Positions 62,405-64,000 of a stretch of DNA of 64,000 nt are shown one piece after another. Each line of letters begins with the position of its first letter. Positions within the stretch are counted from its first letter, which is position 1. Location: NCBI GenBank assembly GCA_964616145.1, contig CAZTRD010000001.1:4024-68023 (forward strand), written 5' to 3'. This DNA comes from an uncultured Candidatus Saccharibacteria bacterium (GTDB taxonomy: Bacteria > Patescibacteriota > Minisyncoccia > Minisyncoccales > PEYH01). A program made the translations under genes and the position numbers. The notes under the pieces are model-generated. The model was not told the DNA's origin. It did not search any database and saw only the letters and a list, made by a program, of their open reading frames with translations.

Positions 62405-62773
62405 GTGGAGGTGCCGGGAATTGAACCCGGATCCAACGTATTTACCAAAATACATCTACAGAAATATCCAGTTTGTATAGAAACATAGCTTTAAAGCTGG
62501 CAAAAAGCCATATTTCTTCCCTTGAATTTTCAATAGCGTCTGCTAGGGGAGCAGAAGCTATCTATCCTGAAGTATGGCACCCGTATCTACCTATCAGGAA
62601 TCAGTAGGCGGATGGTCTAATTAGACAAAGCTAATCAGACACGCTTACGCCAAAGCGTAAGCGGGGGTTGCAAAAAAGTTGGCACTTAGTTGCGTTTCTG
62701 ATTGTTTAGCCAGCACCCAGAAAGCTGGTTCTGCATATTTTGACAAGGTACGCTGTCGAAACCGATCACCCCC
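62405..62773 (-). ncRNA. ssrA: tmRNA (SsrA), no encoded CCA
   Basis: 5' GGGGGTGATCGGTTTCGACAGCG... and 3' ...GGATCCGGGTTCAATTCCCGGCACCTCCA. The acceptor stem has the G3:U pair. The tag frame ...GCC AAC TTT TTT GCA ACC CCC GCT TAC GCT TTG GCG TAA (ANFFATPAYALA*) ends with its stop inside the hairpin CGCTTACGC-TTTG-GCGTAAGCG. Adjacent to smpB. Confidence 0.9.
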
Positions 62774-63215
62774 TTCGTTTGATAGCCCTGGCTATCTCTC
62801 TTTTCGTATCCTTCTTCTTTATACTTTCTCTTTTATCAAATTTCTTTTTCCCTTTGGCCAAAGCTACTTCTACCTTTATTTTATCCCCCTTAGTATACAA
62901 CCTCAAGGGTATTAGTGTCAATCCTTTCTCCTGGGTTGCATTATATAATTGGAGGATTTCTTTCTTATTCAAAAGAATCTTTCTTAATCTGGCCGGATCA
63001 TAGCTTTTGGGAGTATTCAACGCCTGATAATTGGGGATATTCGCATTATTAAGATACGGTTCGCCCTGTTTAAATGAGATAAAGGAAGAGCGCAAGCTGG
63101 CTCTGCCTAATTTAATTGACTTTACTTCAAAGCCGTACAACATTAAGCCGGCCTCGAATTTTTCCAGGATTTCGTAATCAAAAAAAGCCTGTTTGTTGTC
63201 TGATAATGTTGCCAT
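62766..63215 (-). CDS. smpB: SsrA-binding protein SmpB
   Basis: NKQAFFDYEILEKFEAGLMLYGFEVKSIK...KKILLNKKEI...LTLIPLRLY. Confidence 0.9.
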   Translation of the reverse strand: MATLSDNKQAFFDYEILEKFEAGLMLYGFEVKSIKLGRASLRSSFISFKQGEPYLNNANIPNYQALNTPKSYDPARLRKILLNKKEILQLYNATQEKGLTLIPLRLYTKGDKIKVEVALAKGKKKFDKRESIKKKDTKREIARAIKRRG

Positions 63216-63277
63216 AGCTTAATATTAGCATACAAAATAGACAAAAACAGCCAAAGCAATTAAAATGAATAACGACT

Positions 63278-64000
63278 ATGATAAAAGAAAAAGTCTATCA
63301 ATTTGTGGTAGGAGCTTTGAGAAAAGGCCAAAAAGACGGCATTTTTCCAGATTTTGATTATACAAAGATAATAATTGTAAGGCCGGAGATAAAAGAACAC
63401 GGGGATTTTTCTACCAATCTGGCTTTTTTGCTTTCTTCTCAATTCAAGATAAATCCAGTTGCCTTGTCCAATACTTTGGTTGAAACATTCTTGCAGTTTA
63501 ACCAGAGCCAGAAATTATTTGAAAAAATAGAATCAGTCAATGGTTTTATCAACCTCTATCTTTTAAAAGAAACATATTTTGAAGAGTTGAAAGAGATTTT
63601 AACAGAGAAGGATAAATACGGAGATTCTTCTTTCGGCAAAGGGGAAAAGATTCAAGTAGAGTTCATTTCCGCCAATCCTACGGGACCGTTAACAGTAGGT
63701 AATGCCAGAGGAGGCCCTTTTGGCGATTGTTTGGCTAACATTTTAAAGAAAGCAGGATTTTTTGTTAAAAAGGAATACTATGTCAATAATTGCGGAAATC
63801 AGATAATAGCCCTGGGACATTCTGTTTTAAAGAATGAATTGGCAGAATACAAAGGAGAATATATTAATGAATTGAGCAAAAAGAATAGAGAGAAAGATCC
63901 GGAAAAAGCCGGGAAGAATGCAGCCAAGATAATTATTGACCAATACATTAAAAAAACTACAGATAGGATAGGAATCAAATATGATAAATGGTTTTTTGAA
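63278..64000 (+). CDS. argS: Arginine--tRNA ligase, N-terminal 241 aa (continues beyond window)
   Basis: Own translation: MIKEKVYQFVVGALRK...EHGDFSTNLAF...IQVEFISANPTGPLTVGNARGGPFGDCLANILKKAGFFVKKEYYVNNCGNQI. Open to position 64000. Confidence 0.85.
   Translation, partial: MIKEKVYQFVVGALRKGQKDGIFPDFDYTKIIIVRPEIKEHGDFSTNLAFLLSSQFKINPVALSNTLVETFLQFNQSQKLFEKIESVNGFINLYLLKETYFEELKEILTEKDKYGDSSFGKGEKIQVEFISANPTGPLTVGNARGGPFGDCLANILKKAGFFVKKEYYVNNCGNQIIALGHSVLKNELAEYKGEYINELSKKNREKDPEKAGKNAAKIIIDQYIKKTTDRIGIKYDKWFFE

Noticed and set aside
62679-63003. Two plus-strand ORFs (78 and 87 aa)
   Set aside because: They lie over the tmRNA 5' region and antisense to smpB.
1-64000. Alternative genetic code (UGA recoding, as in some CPR lineages)
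   Set aside because: TGA terminates conserved genes at the expected length (for example rsmA at 16295-16297 and the VirB4 ATPase at 22611-22613), and no conserved gene is interrupted by an in-frame TGA.

Overview
Read by eye with no tools, so RNA ends and start codons are approximate (a few nt, or one alternative start). The window is very gene-dense and AT-rich (GC roughly one third, estimated by eye). It uses the standard code: TGA ends conserved genes such as rsmA and the VirB4-like ATPase at the expected length. Most genes lack Shine-Dalgarno sequences. The content points to a small-genome monoderm-like bacterium, most consistent with Patescibacteria/CPR. That inference rests on five tRNAs and a tmRNA without encoded CCA, plus Elp3, PolX, a presenilin-like protease, 'T4SS-pilin' module proteins, and few metabolic genes. 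The window contains the chromosomal origin: rpmH-rnpA-yidC-jag on the minus strand, dnaA-dnaN-DUF721 on the plus strand, with perfect DnaA boxes on both sides of dnaA. Housekeeping genes include rpsO, pnp, rsmA, cca, yvcK, ruvA/B/C, yebC, mutM, holA, rpsT, tsaE, rlmN, greA, polX, infC-rpmI-rplT, smpB-ssrA and argS. The main accessory feature is a tightly packed locus at 16310-28080. It encodes a VirB6/TrbL-like polytopic protein, a PrgI/VirB3-like protein, a VirB4-type ATPase split by a single in-frame TAA, and two giant Cys-rich secreted proteins with a VirB2-like pilin module. A third pilin-module gene lies at 6602-7429. No relaxase, coupling protein or VirB8-11 is present anywhere in the window. 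Other items worth a second look: a ~240-nt GC-rich structured RNA of unknown class (4624-4865); a GC-rich islet with a ribbon-helix-helix gene 3' of tRNA-Arg (53063-53440); a nested inverted-repeat leader before ruvB; and a 281-nt perfect tandem duplication inside a repeat-protein gene.
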